Assembly: GCA_047285805.1 (NCBI GenBank)
Contig: JBJBCN010000002.1
Span: forward strand, 187,798 to 251,797
DNA: 64,000 bases
Direction: 5' to 3'
Origin: Synechococcus sp.
GTDB lineage: Bacteria > Cyanobacteriota > Cyanobacteriia > PCC-6307 > Cyanobiaceae
Shown piece by piece: positions 47,865-57,261 of this stretch. A program made the translations under genes and the position numbers. Numbering within the stretch: position 1 is the first letter of the stretch; every line of letters begins with the position of its first letter. The notes below the pieces were generated by a model that had not been told where the DNA came from, made no database searches, and saw nothing but the letters and a program-made list of their open reading frames with translations.

Positions 47865-48548
47865 TCAGTGCAGATAGGGATCCAGGAAGGCCAGCGGGCG
47901 ATTCATGGTGGCCGAGAAGCCCAGCATCCCTGCGTCGCGGTGCTGATAGAGCAGGGCGTCGTCGGCGTCCAACAGGAAGGTGGCGCCCCGTTGGGTGATG
48001 AAGTCATCACGGGGCACGTAGGTGCGCCATTTCCCAAGCACCTCGGTCATGTTCCGCAGCCGCACCGTGGCCAGCTCAAAGGGGCGCTGGAATCCATCCC
48101 CACCCGCCAAGCGGAAGAGCGGACTGTCGAAGCGTTGCGGTGCGGAGCGATCGCCGGCGTAACCGCGAAAGACCTCGCTCAGGGTCCCCGGAGAACCAAT
48201 ACCGGCGCACATCAACAGCAAACCAGGCCAAGGGCCGCCTGGGGTTTGCAGGCCGGCATAGAGGCCCAGGGCGCGATGCAGCCTCGGTTCAGCCTCCACC
48301 CTGAGATGCGCCCGGGGGAAGCCCGTGAATTGGCAGAACCGCTCAGCGCCAGCCTCATCGCCGATGCCGATCGCCAGCAGCTGGATGCTGGCTTGCTGCA
48401 GCTTGGGTAGGGCAGGGACAATGGACTGGGCGTATTCCAGTGAATCGAAATCACCGAGCTGGCTCATCAGGATGACCAGCCGTTTCGAGCCGGACTCCAT
48501 CCCGGGGATCAAGCGGAGGTTGTCCAGCAGGACGTCGGGGGCGTTCAT
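47865..48548 (-). CDS. Peroxiredoxin-like (AhpC/TSA-related) protein
   Basis: SQLGDFDSLEYA, QRPFELAT.RL.NM, TQRG.TFL. Confidence 0.75.
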   Translation of the reverse strand: MNAPDVLLDNLRLIPGMESGSKRLVILMSQLGDFDSLEYAQSIVPALPKLQQASIQLLAIGIGDEAGAERFCQFTGFPRAHLRVEAEPRLHRALGLYAGLQTPGGPWPGLLLMCAGIGSPGTLSEVFRGYAGDRSAPQRFDSPLFRLAGGDGFQRPFELATVRLRNMTEVLGKWRTYVPRDDFITQRGATFLLDADDALLYQHRDAGMLGFSATMNRPLAFLDPYLH

Positions 48549-48726
48549 GGGGAGGAGACGTTCGTCTCAACGTCTCCTCAGCCTCGCTGATGGGTGGGGC
48601 GAGATGCACCTCGCCCTTGTTGAGGCGCGTCTGACGGAGAGAGCAGCCTCAATCCAGTGATGCCATCAATCGCGGCGGCTGGCTACGACTTTTTTTGCCG
48701 TCACGAACTGGCGAAGTCCAAAAAAA

Positions 48727-48750
48727 TCCGCTGGTCAGCTGACCGGCGGA
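48727..48750. repeat. 24-bp near-perfect palindrome
   Basis: tccgctggtcagctgaccggcgga, one mismatched pair. Confidence 0.7.
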
Positions 48751-48861
48751 GGTGTGTCTCTTCGTCAAAAGCGCAGAACCTTCCTAGGAACGCGACCTGC
48801 ACGGACGCCATAGGTATTCGCTTCCGCTGCAGACTGGTGCGGAATGGCCCACTCGTCCCTG

Positions 48862-49278
48862 ATGTCTCCAGAACCGGGCCGGGCGAAGCGTGTCTCGATC
48901 ACCCTGCCTCCAGATCTCTACGAGCGCCTCGCGGCCTTGGCGGAGGCGGATCGTCGCTCGGTCGCCAGCTGGGCGGCGGTTCAATTGGAGTTGGCCGTCA
49001 TCGAAGCGGAGGAGAAGCTCCGGCAGGGCTGCAACTTGAAAGAGCGCCTGGCGGATGAGAGCCAGCGCTTTACGGCTTGGTACCGAGATGACTCCCTCGC
49101 CGAGCGGACCGTGAGTTCACCGATTCACCACAATGTCCAACAAACGAGGCCTGGAGATGCGTCGTCAGCGGTGGCTGCTCTTGATCGCAGCACTAGCCTT
49201 GTCTCGGAAGTCTGCTGCTTTGGATCGCTGAGATGGATGTCGGGATCGAAGAGTCCCTACCCCCCCAGGCCCCAGTAG
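48862..49278 (+). CDS. Ribbon-helix-helix (CopG/Arc-like) domain protein
   Basis: KRVSITLPPDLYERLAALAEADRRSVAS; the C-terminal half looks like unconserved read-through. Confidence 0.55.
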   Translation: MSPEPGRAKRVSITLPPDLYERLAALAEADRRSVASWAAVQLELAVIEAEEKLRQGCNLKERLADESQRFTAWYRDDSLAERTVSSPIHHNVQQTRPGDASSAVAALDRSTSLVSEVCCFGSLRWMSGSKSPYPPRPQ

Positions 49279-49294
49279 CTGCTCCCTCCAACCC

Positions 49295-49702
49295 ATGACG
49301 TTTCTCGTCTCCCAGTTCCTCCTGGTCTTCACTCTCGGCCTGTTCCACCTGGTCGGGCCGCTGCCCGCGGATCTGGGGGTTCAAAGCGGTTCGCTTGCCC
49401 CTTGCCCCAGTCCGGCCCATTGTGCACGGGTGGATTGGGAGCAGAACGACCCCCAAGCTGCCTTGGACGCGCTGGTGCCCATCATCGCGGCCACGCCGCG
49501 CACCGAGATCGTGGAGCAGGGCAATGGCTACCTGCACGCGACAGCCAGCAGCGCGCTCTTTGGTTTTGTTGACGATCTGGAGCTTTACGCCGACCCCAGC
49601 CGTGGCGTTCTTCAGGCCCGTTCGGTGTCGCGCCTGGGCGATTCCGACCTCGGGGTGAATGCCCGTCGCCTGCAGGCGCTAGCGGATCAGCTCAAGGATT
49701 GA
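49295..49702 (+). CDS. DUF1499 family protein
   Basis: LAPCPSPAHC, FGFVDDLE, ARS.SRLGDSDLGVN..R. Confidence 0.88.
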   Translation: MTFLVSQFLLVFTLGLFHLVGPLPADLGVQSGSLAPCPSPAHCARVDWEQNDPQAALDALVPIIAATPRTEIVEQGNGYLHATASSALFGFVDDLELYADPSRGVLQARSVSRLGDSDLGVNARRLQALADQLKD

Positions 49703-50258
49703 GGCGTTCCTCGAGCCAGCCCTGCTCCCGCCGCCACCGCTGGCGTTGGTGAGGGTGGCCGGTGAGCTCCAGGAGCTCGACCTGCTCGAGCTCAATCCGC
49801 ACCAGTTCAAAGCTCTCGGGTTGCGGGACCTCATCGCCGAGGGCCTCGGGGAAGTGGCCCGCGGGTTTGAAGGCGGCCCCTGGCTGGGGCCAGCCCCAGA
49901 GGCTGCGCGCTCCGGGCTGGAGTTGTTGCCAGTGGTGGGCGCGGGCGTTCTGATCGCTCGCGGCGTTCAGGCTCAGGCGATGGCCCCGCAGCCGAAATTG
50001 CGATCTCGCCTTGGGCAGCAGCCAGCAGAGCTCAACCCTGGGTTCTCGAATGAGTTCAGCGCTTTTCTCGCTGCGGCGATCCGTCAGCAGATCCAGCTGG
50101 GCCGGGCCGCCCCAGCCACGGAAGACCAGGGTTCGCACTCGCGGCGCTCCATCGCAGCCCAGGGTGGCCAACTGCAGCCAGCGGGACTGGGGGGAACGAC
50201 CCTCCCGCTGGCGGGCGCCGCGCAGCAATTGCCTCCAGGGGGGTAGGGCTTCCGTCAT
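49692..50258 (-). CDS. Pyridoxamine 5'-phosphate oxidase family FMN-binding protein
   Basis: QLAT....PRVRTLVFRG, TD.RS.K, Q.RL.G, LEL.G.PH.R. Confidence 0.85.
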   Translation of the reverse strand: MTEALPPWRQLLRGARQREGRSPQSRWLQLATLGCDGAPRVRTLVFRGWGGPAQLDLLTDRRSEKSAELIREPRVELCWLLPKARSQFRLRGHRLSLNAASDQNARAHHWQQLQPGARSLWGWPQPGAAFKPAGHFPEALGDEVPQPESFELVRIELEQVELLELTGHPHQRQRWRREQGWLEERLNP

Positions 50259-50641
50259 GCTCCTGGTTCGCAGCGGTAGCGGGCGACCTCCCCACCGCCG
50301 CGTTTGCGCTCCGCGAAGTCCGGATGGTCAGGATCGGCGGCCTGCCACCACCAGTGCCCATCCGTGTAGCTCGGGGCGCCGGCGTTGTTGGTGCGGGGCA
50401 GCTGCAGGCTGACGCTGCGCCAGGCGATCACGACAAAGGCACCGGGTACGGTTCCGCCGGCTGTGTTGGGGATCTCGGTGGCGTCCACGGCCCCTTGGTG
50501 CAGCTCCGCCGTCAACGGGTCTCCCTCGCAGACGTACCGCGCCGCATCGGCGGGCAGGGGCAGCAGCACCAGCAGCAGCGCCAATCCCAGGTTCAGCAAT
50601 GCGGTCACGGCAGGGGCAGAGCGGTGTTCAGGATGGCGCAA
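50255..50641 (-). CDS. Exported hypothetical protein
   Basis: Signal-like LLLVLLPLPADA, LPRTNNAG.PSYTDG.WWW, Cys pair. Confidence 0.6.
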   Translation of the reverse strand: MRHPEHRSAPAVTALLNLGLALLLVLLPLPADAARYVCEGDPLTAELHQGAVDATEIPNTAGGTVPGAFVVIAWRSVSLQLPRTNNAGAPSYTDGHWWWQAADPDHPDFAERKRGGGEVARYRCEPGA

Positions 50642-51051
50642 TGAGCCTTACCCTCGTCTACGACGGCGGTTGTCCGTTTTGCCGCCACTTCGCCCTGCGA
50701 AGCGAGCTGGTCGGCGGGCTCCCCGATCTGGTGATCCGCGATGGCCGGGCTGAGGACGGGCTGCGGGCCCAGTTGAAGCAACGGGGCCTGGACCTGGCAC
50801 GGGGTGCCGTCCTGCTCGAGGGAGACCAGGCCTGGCATGGGGCTGAGGCCATCGCCCAACTCTGCGGTCGGCTTCGTCCGAGCGATCCCCTTTTGGCGCT
50901 ACTGCGCCAACTCTTTGCCGCACCGCCCCAGGCCAGGCGCCTCTACCCACTACTGCTTTGGGCCCGTCGTCAAGCCCTGCATTGGCAGGGGCTCTTCGAG
51001 GACCCCGATCAATCTTCCATGGTTGATCGCCGCGGGCCCTACGGTCGTTGA
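50641..51051 (+). CDS. DCC1-like thiol-disulfide oxidoreductase (DUF393)
   Basis: VYDGGCPFC motif. Confidence 0.85.
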   Translation: MSLTLVYDGGCPFCRHFALRSELVGGLPDLVIRDGRAEDGLRAQLKQRGLDLARGAVLLEGDQAWHGAEAIAQLCGRLRPSDPLLALLRQLFAAPPQARRLYPLLLWARRQALHWQGLFEDPDQSSMVDRRGPYGR

Positions 51052-51068
51052 ACGCCCCACGCCCAGGC

Positions 51069-52112
51069 ATGCAAGACGTCGTCCAGGCCTATTACGGCAA
51101 GGAACTCCAGAGCACCGCTGACCTGAAGACCAGTGCCTGCTGCGATGCCGATGCGGTGCCGGATTGGTTGAAGCCCCTGCTCAGTCGGGTCCATCCGGAA
51201 GTCAGCAGTCGCTACTATGGCTGCGGCCTGGTTTGTCCGCTGCTGCTGAAAGGCTGCCGTGTCCTTGACCTAGGCAGCGGCAGTGGTCGCGATGTCTATC
51301 TGCTCTCCCAGTTGGTGGGGGCCGGCGGCGAGGTGGTCGGTGTGGACATGACCCCAGAGCAGCTCGCGGTGGCTCGGGAGTACCTCCCCTTCCACGCCGA
51401 GCAATTCGGTTACGCCAATGTCAGCTTCCTCGAGGGCCAGATCGAGCGTCTCGAGGAGCTCGACCTGGAGCCCGGCAGCTTTGACGTCATCGTCAGCAAC
51501 TGTGTTCTGAATCTCTCCACCGACAAGCCCGCTGTCTTACGCGGCATTCAGCGGCTGCTCAAGCCCGGCGGCGAGTTCTATTTCTCTGACGTCTACGTCG
51601 ATCGACGCCTGCCGGAAGCGGTGCAAAGCCATCCGGTGCTCTATGGCGAATGCCTTGGCGGCGCGCTCTACTGGAATGACTTCCTGCGGATGGCCCGCGG
51701 GGCGGCTTTCACGGATCCGCGTCTGGTGAGCGATCGGCCGCTGGAGATCACCGAGCCCCAACTAGCGGCGTTGGTGGGGGAGGCCCGCTTTTATTCGGCG
51801 ACCTACCGGCTCTTCAACATCCCCGAACTCGAGGACGCCTGTGAAGACCACGGTCAGGCTGTCCTCTACCGGGGCTCCATCGACCAGGCGCCCACCCGCC
51901 TGGCGTTCGACAAACACCACAGCATCGAAGTCGACAAGGTCTTCCCGGTTTGCGGCAACACCTATCGGATGCTGTCCCAGACCCGTTTCGCCCCCCACTT
52001 CCAGTTCATTGGTAATTTCGAGCGTCACTTCGGCCTCTTTGAAGGCTGTGGTTCAGCGATTCCCTTTGATCAGGACCGTGCGGTGCGCGGAGCAGCCGCC
52101 AGCTGCTGCTGA
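51069..52112 (+). CDS. arsM: Arsenite methyltransferase-like (ArsM/AS3MT family)
   Basis: YYGCG, VLDLGSGSGRD, GVDMT..QL, SNCV.NL, GECLGGA, C-terminal CC. Confidence 0.75.
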   Translation: MQDVVQAYYGKELQSTADLKTSACCDADAVPDWLKPLLSRVHPEVSSRYYGCGLVCPLLLKGCRVLDLGSGSGRDVYLLSQLVGAGGEVVGVDMTPEQLAVAREYLPFHAEQFGYANVSFLEGQIERLEELDLEPGSFDVIVSNCVLNLSTDKPAVLRGIQRLLKPGGEFYFSDVYVDRRLPEAVQSHPVLYGECLGGALYWNDFLRMARGAAFTDPRLVSDRPLEITEPQLAALVGEARFYSATYRLFNIPELEDACEDHGQAVLYRGSIDQAPTRLAFDKHHSIEVDKVFPVCGNTYRMLSQTRFAPHFQFIGNFERHFGLFEGCGSAIPFDQDRAVRGAAASCC

Positions 52113-52945
52113 TGGCCGCCGCGCCGGGGCCCTTCAGCGTCAATGAGCGTTGCATTGACTGCGGCACCTGCTGGCAATTCGATCCTCTGCACTTCGCCCC
52201 CACCGGCCGCTGCGCCGAGGTCATTCGCCAGCCCGAGGGGGCGGCGGAAACGCATCAGGCTCTGTTGGCCCTGCAGGCCTGTCCGGTGGCGGCTATCGGC
52301 ACGACAGCGGAGTTGCGGCGGCTGACCCCAAGCGATGGCTTTCCTGCTCTGGTCACCCGCCATGCAGCTGGAGAGGTCTACTACTGCGGCTGGGCGTCAC
52401 GCCGCAGTTTCGGGGCCAGCAGCTGGCTCGTGGTTCGGCCCGAAGGCAACGTCCTGATCGATTCGCCCCGTTGGAGTGCTCCCTTGGCTCGGCGCATCGC
52501 TGCCTTGGGCGGGCTTGCAGCCCTGGTGTTCACCCATCGCGACGACGTGGCCGACCACCAGCGCTGGGCCAAGGCTTTTGGTTGCAGCCGTTGGATTCAC
52601 CAGGCCGACGCCGATGCTGCGCCAGACACGGAGCATCGGGTCCCGGGATCCGATGCGGTCACCCTCGATGGGGCGTTGCAGTTGATTCCCTGCTCTGGCC
52701 ACACGGCTGGGTCGATGTCGGTCCTCTTGGGCGAACACCGCTCGGTGCTCTTCAGTGGTGATCACCTCTGGTGGCGCCCTGAACAAGCGGTGCTGGTGGC
52801 TTCGGAGCGTTATTGCTGGTGGGATTTCCAGGAGCAGCTCCGCTCGGTGGAGCGCTTGCAGGAGCTGGATGTGACCTGGCTGCTCCCCAGCCACGGCCAC
52901 GCCCACGCGTTTGCTCCCGCTGAGTGGCGCGCCGCTGTCCAGTAG
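52112..52945 (+). CDS. Ferredoxin-MBL fold hydrolase fusion
   Basis: CIDCGTC...CPV then THRDDVADH, GHT.GS, GDH, PSHG. Confidence 0.85.
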   Translation: MAAAPGPFSVNERCIDCGTCWQFDPLHFAPTGRCAEVIRQPEGAAETHQALLALQACPVAAIGTTAELRRLTPSDGFPALVTRHAAGEVYYCGWASRRSFGASSWLVVRPEGNVLIDSPRWSAPLARRIAALGGLAALVFTHRDDVADHQRWAKAFGCSRWIHQADADAAPDTEHRVPGSDAVTLDGALQLIPCSGHTAGSMSVLLGEHRSVLFSGDHLWWRPEQAVLVASERYCWWDFQEQLRSVERLQELDVTWLLPSHGHAHAFAPAEWRAAVQ

Positions 52946-52955
52946 ACCTTGGCCT

Positions 52956-53129
52956 TTAACCGAAAAAGCCCTTGCTGTTGAGCCAGAGCCCCAAGCCCAG
53001 CATCGGTACGAAGACAGCTCCAGCGATCTGAAGCTTGATCCGCGTAGCCGAGGGCTCCGCCTGGACCGGCTTGGCGGCTGCTTTGGCTTTGATCTTGGCT
53101 TTGGCCACGGTCTGGTTGCTGCGTTGCAT
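52956..53129 (-). CDS. Small single-TM protein
   Basis: Lys/Ala-rich N-terminus plus IAGAVFVPMLGLGLWLNSKGFFG. Confidence 0.55.
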   Translation of the reverse strand: MQRSNQTVAKAKIKAKAAAKPVQAEPSATRIKLQIAGAVFVPMLGLGLWLNSKGFFG

Positions 53130-53140
53130 TGCGCTCTCTT

Positions 53141-54127
53141 CTACCGGTCCGTGGCTCCTCCCCGGGAACCGATCTCCCCTGTCACCCAATAACGCACCCG
53201 CTCGGGATGGCTCTGGAGGTAGAAATCGACCGCGGTTTGGGCCGTTCCCTGATGGGCTTGCAGGAGGACCGCGGCCAGCTCCGTATCAGGAATCCGGAAG
53301 CGCGTCAGGAAGTCCGTCACCGAAGGGGCGATGGCACTGAGGTCTTGGCGGCCGACGGCGTGGATCCATTCCGTCCCCCCAAAGGCCCGTTTGGGATCCT
53401 CAAGAAAGCGCAGCTTGTAGCGGGCGAACATCCAGTGGGGCGTCCAGCTGGTGACGATCAGCCAACGCTGCTCACGGATGGCCTGGTCCAGCACAGCAGT
53501 CATCGCGGCACTGCTGGAGGCCATGAGGCGCATGTCCCCAAGGCCGTAGTCCTTCAGGGCGACTTGGGAGAGTTGATTGAGGCCTGAGCCGGGATCGATT
53601 CCCTGAACGTGGTTGTTGAAGCGTGCGGCGACCGAGGGTTGGCGCAAGTCGGCGATGCTCCTGAGGACTTGGGGGTCGACATAGTCTGGGACGACCCAGC
53701 CCAAGCGACCGGAGTACATCGGACCGAGGTCCAGGACCCGATCCCGGACCCGCTTCCAGTAGTCCTGATGGGTCAAGGGCAACCAGGCCATCAACATCAA
53801 ATCCAGATCGCCTCGGGCCACGGAGGCGTATTGGATGCCGATGTCGGCCAGCACCCGCTCCACAGGCCAATCGAGGTGGGTCTCAATCAGCTGCTTGGCC
53901 ATCAGGCTGATGACTTCGGCATCCGCCCAGGGCGACCAGCCCAGGCGCAAGGGGCGACGTGAGACTCCCCCTCCCGTTGGCTGCGCTGGAGGACCAGACC
54001 CTGTCTGGCTGGGCTCAGGCGCCCCTGGGCGCCGGCTCAACTGGACCATGCTGGCCAGGGACAGTCCGGCGACCCCCAGTCCTGCGGTGAGTGCCGCACG
54101 CCGCGTCAGCCGTGGTGCGTCACTCAT
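53141..54127 (-). CDS. proX: Glycine betaine ABC transporter substrate-binding protein
   Basis: Tat-like TRR signal, GWSPW, LMAWLP.TH, GIDPGSG, W.PHWMF. Confidence 0.88.
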   Translation of the reverse strand: MSDAPRLTRRAALTAGLGVAGLSLASMVQLSRRPGAPEPSQTGSGPPAQPTGGGVSRRPLRLGWSPWADAEVISLMAKQLIETHLDWPVERVLADIGIQYASVARGDLDLMLMAWLPLTHQDYWKRVRDRVLDLGPMYSGRLGWVVPDYVDPQVLRSIADLRQPSVAARFNNHVQGIDPGSGLNQLSQVALKDYGLGDMRLMASSSAAMTAVLDQAIREQRWLIVTSWTPHWMFARYKLRFLEDPKRAFGGTEWIHAVGRQDLSAIAPSVTDFLTRFRIPDTELAAVLLQAHQGTAQTAVDFYLQSHPERVRYWVTGEIGSRGGATDR

Positions 54128-54996
54128 TGGCCTCTCCTCCAATGGCTGGGGGAAAGTCCTTGGCTTAGGCGGTCCAGGATCACCGCCAAGATCACCACGG
54201 CGATGCCGCCTTCAAAGCCGAGCCCCACATCGAGCTGCTGGATGCCACGCAGCACCACATCACCCAAGCCACCACCGCCAATCATCGAGGTGATCACCAC
54301 CATCGAGAGGGCCAACATGATCGTCTGGTTGATACCGCTCATCACGGTGGGCAAGGCGTTCGGGAGCTGCACCATCCAAAGCAGTTGAAGATCCGTGCAG
54401 CCAAAGGAGCGGCCCGCCTCCACCAAATCAGCCGGCACCTGGCGAATCCCCAGGTGGGTCAGCCGGACGACCGGAGGCATCGCGAAAATCAACGTGGCGA
54501 TGATCGCGGGAACGGCTCCCGTGCTGAAGAGCATCACCGCCGGGATCAAATAGACAAAAGCCGGCATGGTCTGCATGAGGTCCAGCGCCGGGCGTAGCAG
54601 TCGCCAAATCCAGAGCTGACGCGTTCCCAGAACACCGAGGGGAAATCCCAGCAGCAGAGCCAAGAGGGAGGAGGCCAGCACTAGGGCCAGGGTGTCCACC
54701 ATGGGATCCCACAGCCCCAGGGCTAAGACAAGGTTCAAGCCCAGCAGGCTGAAGAGGGCAAAGCCACCGCCGACCAGGCGCCATCCCGCAAGGGCAACCC
54801 CCACGGCAAACAGCCAGGGTGCCGGCAGGGCCAGGCTCCAGCCCAGTGCGCTCGCCAAGGTCTGGATGCCCTGTTGAACAACACCAAACAATCCCTGGCC
54901 ATGGTTGAGCAACCACTCCACCGCGGCATCAACGCTCTGGCCGACGGGCCCGGCCTGCTCAAGGCTTGCGATGAGAGGTGAGAAGGAGCAGCTCAT
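54124..54996 (-). CDS. proW: Glycine betaine ABC transporter permease
   Basis: LD.MQTMPAFVYLIP, EA..SFG, NQTIMLALSMVV. Confidence 0.92.
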   Translation of the reverse strand: MSCSFSPLIASLEQAGPVGQSVDAAVEWLLNHGQGLFGVVQQGIQTLASALGWSLALPAPWLFAVGVALAGWRLVGGGFALFSLLGLNLVLALGLWDPMVDTLALVLASSLLALLLGFPLGVLGTRQLWIWRLLRPALDLMQTMPAFVYLIPAVMLFSTGAVPAIIATLIFAMPPVVRLTHLGIRQVPADLVEAGRSFGCTDLQLLWMVQLPNALPTVMSGINQTIMLALSMVVITSMIGGGGLGDVVLRGIQQLDVGLGFEGGIAVVILAVILDRLSQGLSPSHWRRGQ

Positions 54997-56129
54997 CAGA
55001 CACCCTCCCGCAGGGTCTCCAGCAGCCGCCGGGGCGTGACAACACCCAGCAGCCGCTTCTGGTGATCAAGAACCGGAGTAGGCCATGGGTTCCGAGCGAC
55101 GGCGGGGATGGCGTCGTTGACCAGAGATTTGGACTCAAGCGCGCCTGTGGCTTCGGCCTGGATCCACCCGTCCTGGGGGCTAAGGATCCCCAGGAATTGC
55201 CCCGATGGGTTCAGGGCGAAACACAGCTGCTGATGGCCCCGGTCCGCGGGATCTGCCCCATCGGGCAGGACCAGGGTCTGAGTGCAGGGCTCGCGGATCT
55301 GCTCGAGGTTCAGGACGGAACCCCGGTCGACGCCCTTGAAGAAGGCTCGAACCTCGTGGCTGGCTGGCGCCGTGAGCAGCTCTAGGGGAGTCCCGCATTG
55401 GAGGACCTGCCCCGATTGCATTAGCGCGACGCGATCGCCAATGCGAATGGCCTCATCGAGGTCATGGGAGATGAAGACCACCGTGCGTCGCTGTTCCGCC
55501 TGCAGATCCAGCAGAAGGTCCTGCATGTCCCTGCGGATCAGGGGATCGAGGGCGGAGAAGGCCTCATCCATCAACAGGATGGGGGGATCGAGTGCCAGGG
55601 CCCGGGCCAAGCCCACCCGTTGCTGCATGCCCCCGGAGAGTTGCGCCGGTTTCAGGTGCTGCTGCTGTCCTAGACCTACGCGCTCCAGTGCCCTTTTGGC
55701 CGGAGCCAACCGCTTGGCCCTGGGCAGCCCTGCGACTTCGAGCCCAAAGGCCGCATTGTCGAGAACGCTCCGCTGGGGGAAGAGCGCGAACGATTGGAAC
55801 ACCATGGCCATGGCTTGCCGGCGCAGGCGGTTGAGTTCGCGTTTGGAGAGGTCGGACAGGTTCTGACCGCGGACTGCGACGGATCCCGAGCTGGGTTGGA
55901 TCAGTCCATTAATCATCCGCAACAGGGTCGATTTGCCTGAGCCAGAGAGGCCCATGACTACAAAAACTTCGCCCGGTTCGATCGCTAGGGATACCTGCTG
56001 GACGGCGGCAGCGGATTGGCCTGGGAATTGTTTGGAGAGGGCGTCGAGCGTGATCGCTGAAGACACGGTTCTCCGACCCACTTTTTTAAACGCTAGCCAT
56101 GCATGAGTAGGAGCGCAGGTGTGACCCAT
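54996..56129 (-). CDS. proV: Glycine betaine ABC transporter ATPase
   Basis: VMGLSGSGKS, LSGGMQQRVGLARAL, LMDEAFSALDPLIR. Confidence 0.93.
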   Translation of the reverse strand: MGHTCAPTHAWLAFKKVGRRTVSSAITLDALSKQFPGQSAAAVQQVSLAIEPGEVFVVMGLSGSGKSTLLRMINGLIQPSSGSVAVRGQNLSDLSKRELNRLRRQAMAMVFQSFALFPQRSVLDNAAFGLEVAGLPRAKRLAPAKRALERVGLGQQQHLKPAQLSGGMQQRVGLARALALDPPILLMDEAFSALDPLIRRDMQDLLLDLQAEQRRTVVFISHDLDEAIRIGDRVALMQSGQVLQCGTPLELLTAPASHEVRAFFKGVDRGSVLNLEQIREPCTQTLVLPDGADPADRGHQQLCFALNPSGQFLGILSPQDGWIQAEATGALESKSLVNDAIPAVARNPWPTPVLDHQKRLLGVVTPRRLLETLREGV

Positions 56130-56386
56130 GAACTTAGGTCTTTAGCAAGTTCAAACATTTGCTCGGATGGCCTTTGCTCACTTTGATGTCGGCGACAGCA
56201 GGACACGTGTGTTTTGCAACAGGGCCCGCTTTGCGCTGACAGCCATGGTGCTCATCGATAGGTTGCGGCCATGGCGCACTTCATGGCTTTGTGACGTGTG
56301 TCCGGAGGCCTCTTTTGAGGTGATCCCCCCAGCCCTCTTGCTGAGCTCTGAACGGTCTGCGTCTGTCAGTGGCTCCCCCGGTTTGA

Positions 56387-57259
56387 ATGACGACATCTCA
56401 TCGCACCAAGACCTCGGCGGCCCATCGGCCCAAGTCCGCGGGGGCGAAGGATGAACAGCGTTTCGGTGCGGTCCCCGAAGCCGTTCGGGAGACCGATCAC
56501 TATCAACAGGAATACATCGAGCAATTTGCAGATCGTTGGGACCGGCTGATTGATTGGGAGGCCAGAGCCCAGGCTGAAGGTGATTTTTATATCCGCATCC
56601 TGCGGGAGCATGGTGCGAAATCGGTACTCGATGTCGCCACGGGGACAGGCTTCCACTCGATTCGACTCCTGCAGGAGGGGTTCGATGTGGTCAGCGCCGA
56701 CGGCAGTCCCAACATGTTGGCGCGGGCATTTCGTAATGCTCGCGACCGCAACCAGCTGTTGAGGACGGCCCAGGCCGATTGGCGATTTTTGAACCGTGAT
56801 ATTCACGGAACATTCGATGCGGTGATTTGCCTGGGTAACTCGTTCACCCATCTCTTTCGCGAGAAGGATCGTCGTAAATCCCTGGCTGAGTACTACGCCG
56901 TCTTGAAGCACAATGGTCTTCTGATTCTTGACCACCGCAACTACGACCGCCTCTTAGAAGGTGGTGCCGCGGTGAAGCAAGGCAAGGGAACGGTGTATTG
57001 CGGAGAAGATGTTTCCGTGAGCCCTGATTGTGTCGATGAGGGCTTGGCACGCTTTCGCTACGCCTTCAGTGATGGAAGCACTTTCCACCTGAATATGTTC
57101 CCGCTCCGCTATGGCTATGTGCGCCGACTGATGCGGGAAGTTGGCTTTCAAAAGATCACCAGCTACGGGGACTATCAGCGCAGCAAGGACGATCCCGATT
57201 TCTACGCCCATGTCGCCCATAAGGCCTACGAGACCGATGGCGATACGACGGTGATCTAG
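56387..57259 (+). CDS. gsmt: Glycine/sarcosine N-methyltransferase
   Basis: Y..EY...F..RWD.LIDW, LDVATGTGFHS, CLGNSFTHL, LD.RNYD. Confidence 0.9.
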   Translation: MTTSHRTKTSAAHRPKSAGAKDEQRFGAVPEAVRETDHYQQEYIEQFADRWDRLIDWEARAQAEGDFYIRILREHGAKSVLDVATGTGFHSIRLLQEGFDVVSADGSPNMLARAFRNARDRNQLLRTAQADWRFLNRDIHGTFDAVICLGNSFTHLFREKDRRKSLAEYYAVLKHNGLLILDHRNYDRLLEGGAAVKQGKGTVYCGEDVSVSPDCVDEGLARFRYAFSDGSTFHLNMFPLRYGYVRRLMREVGFQKITSYGDYQRSKDDPDFYAHVAHKAYETDGDTTVI

Positions 57260-57261
57260 TC

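Noticed and set aside
56130-56386. Riboswitch or 72-aa ORF between proV and gsmt
   Set aside because: No SAM or glycine riboswitch consensus recognised; only short imperfect repeats (gccatgg twice). An Rfam scan would settle it.
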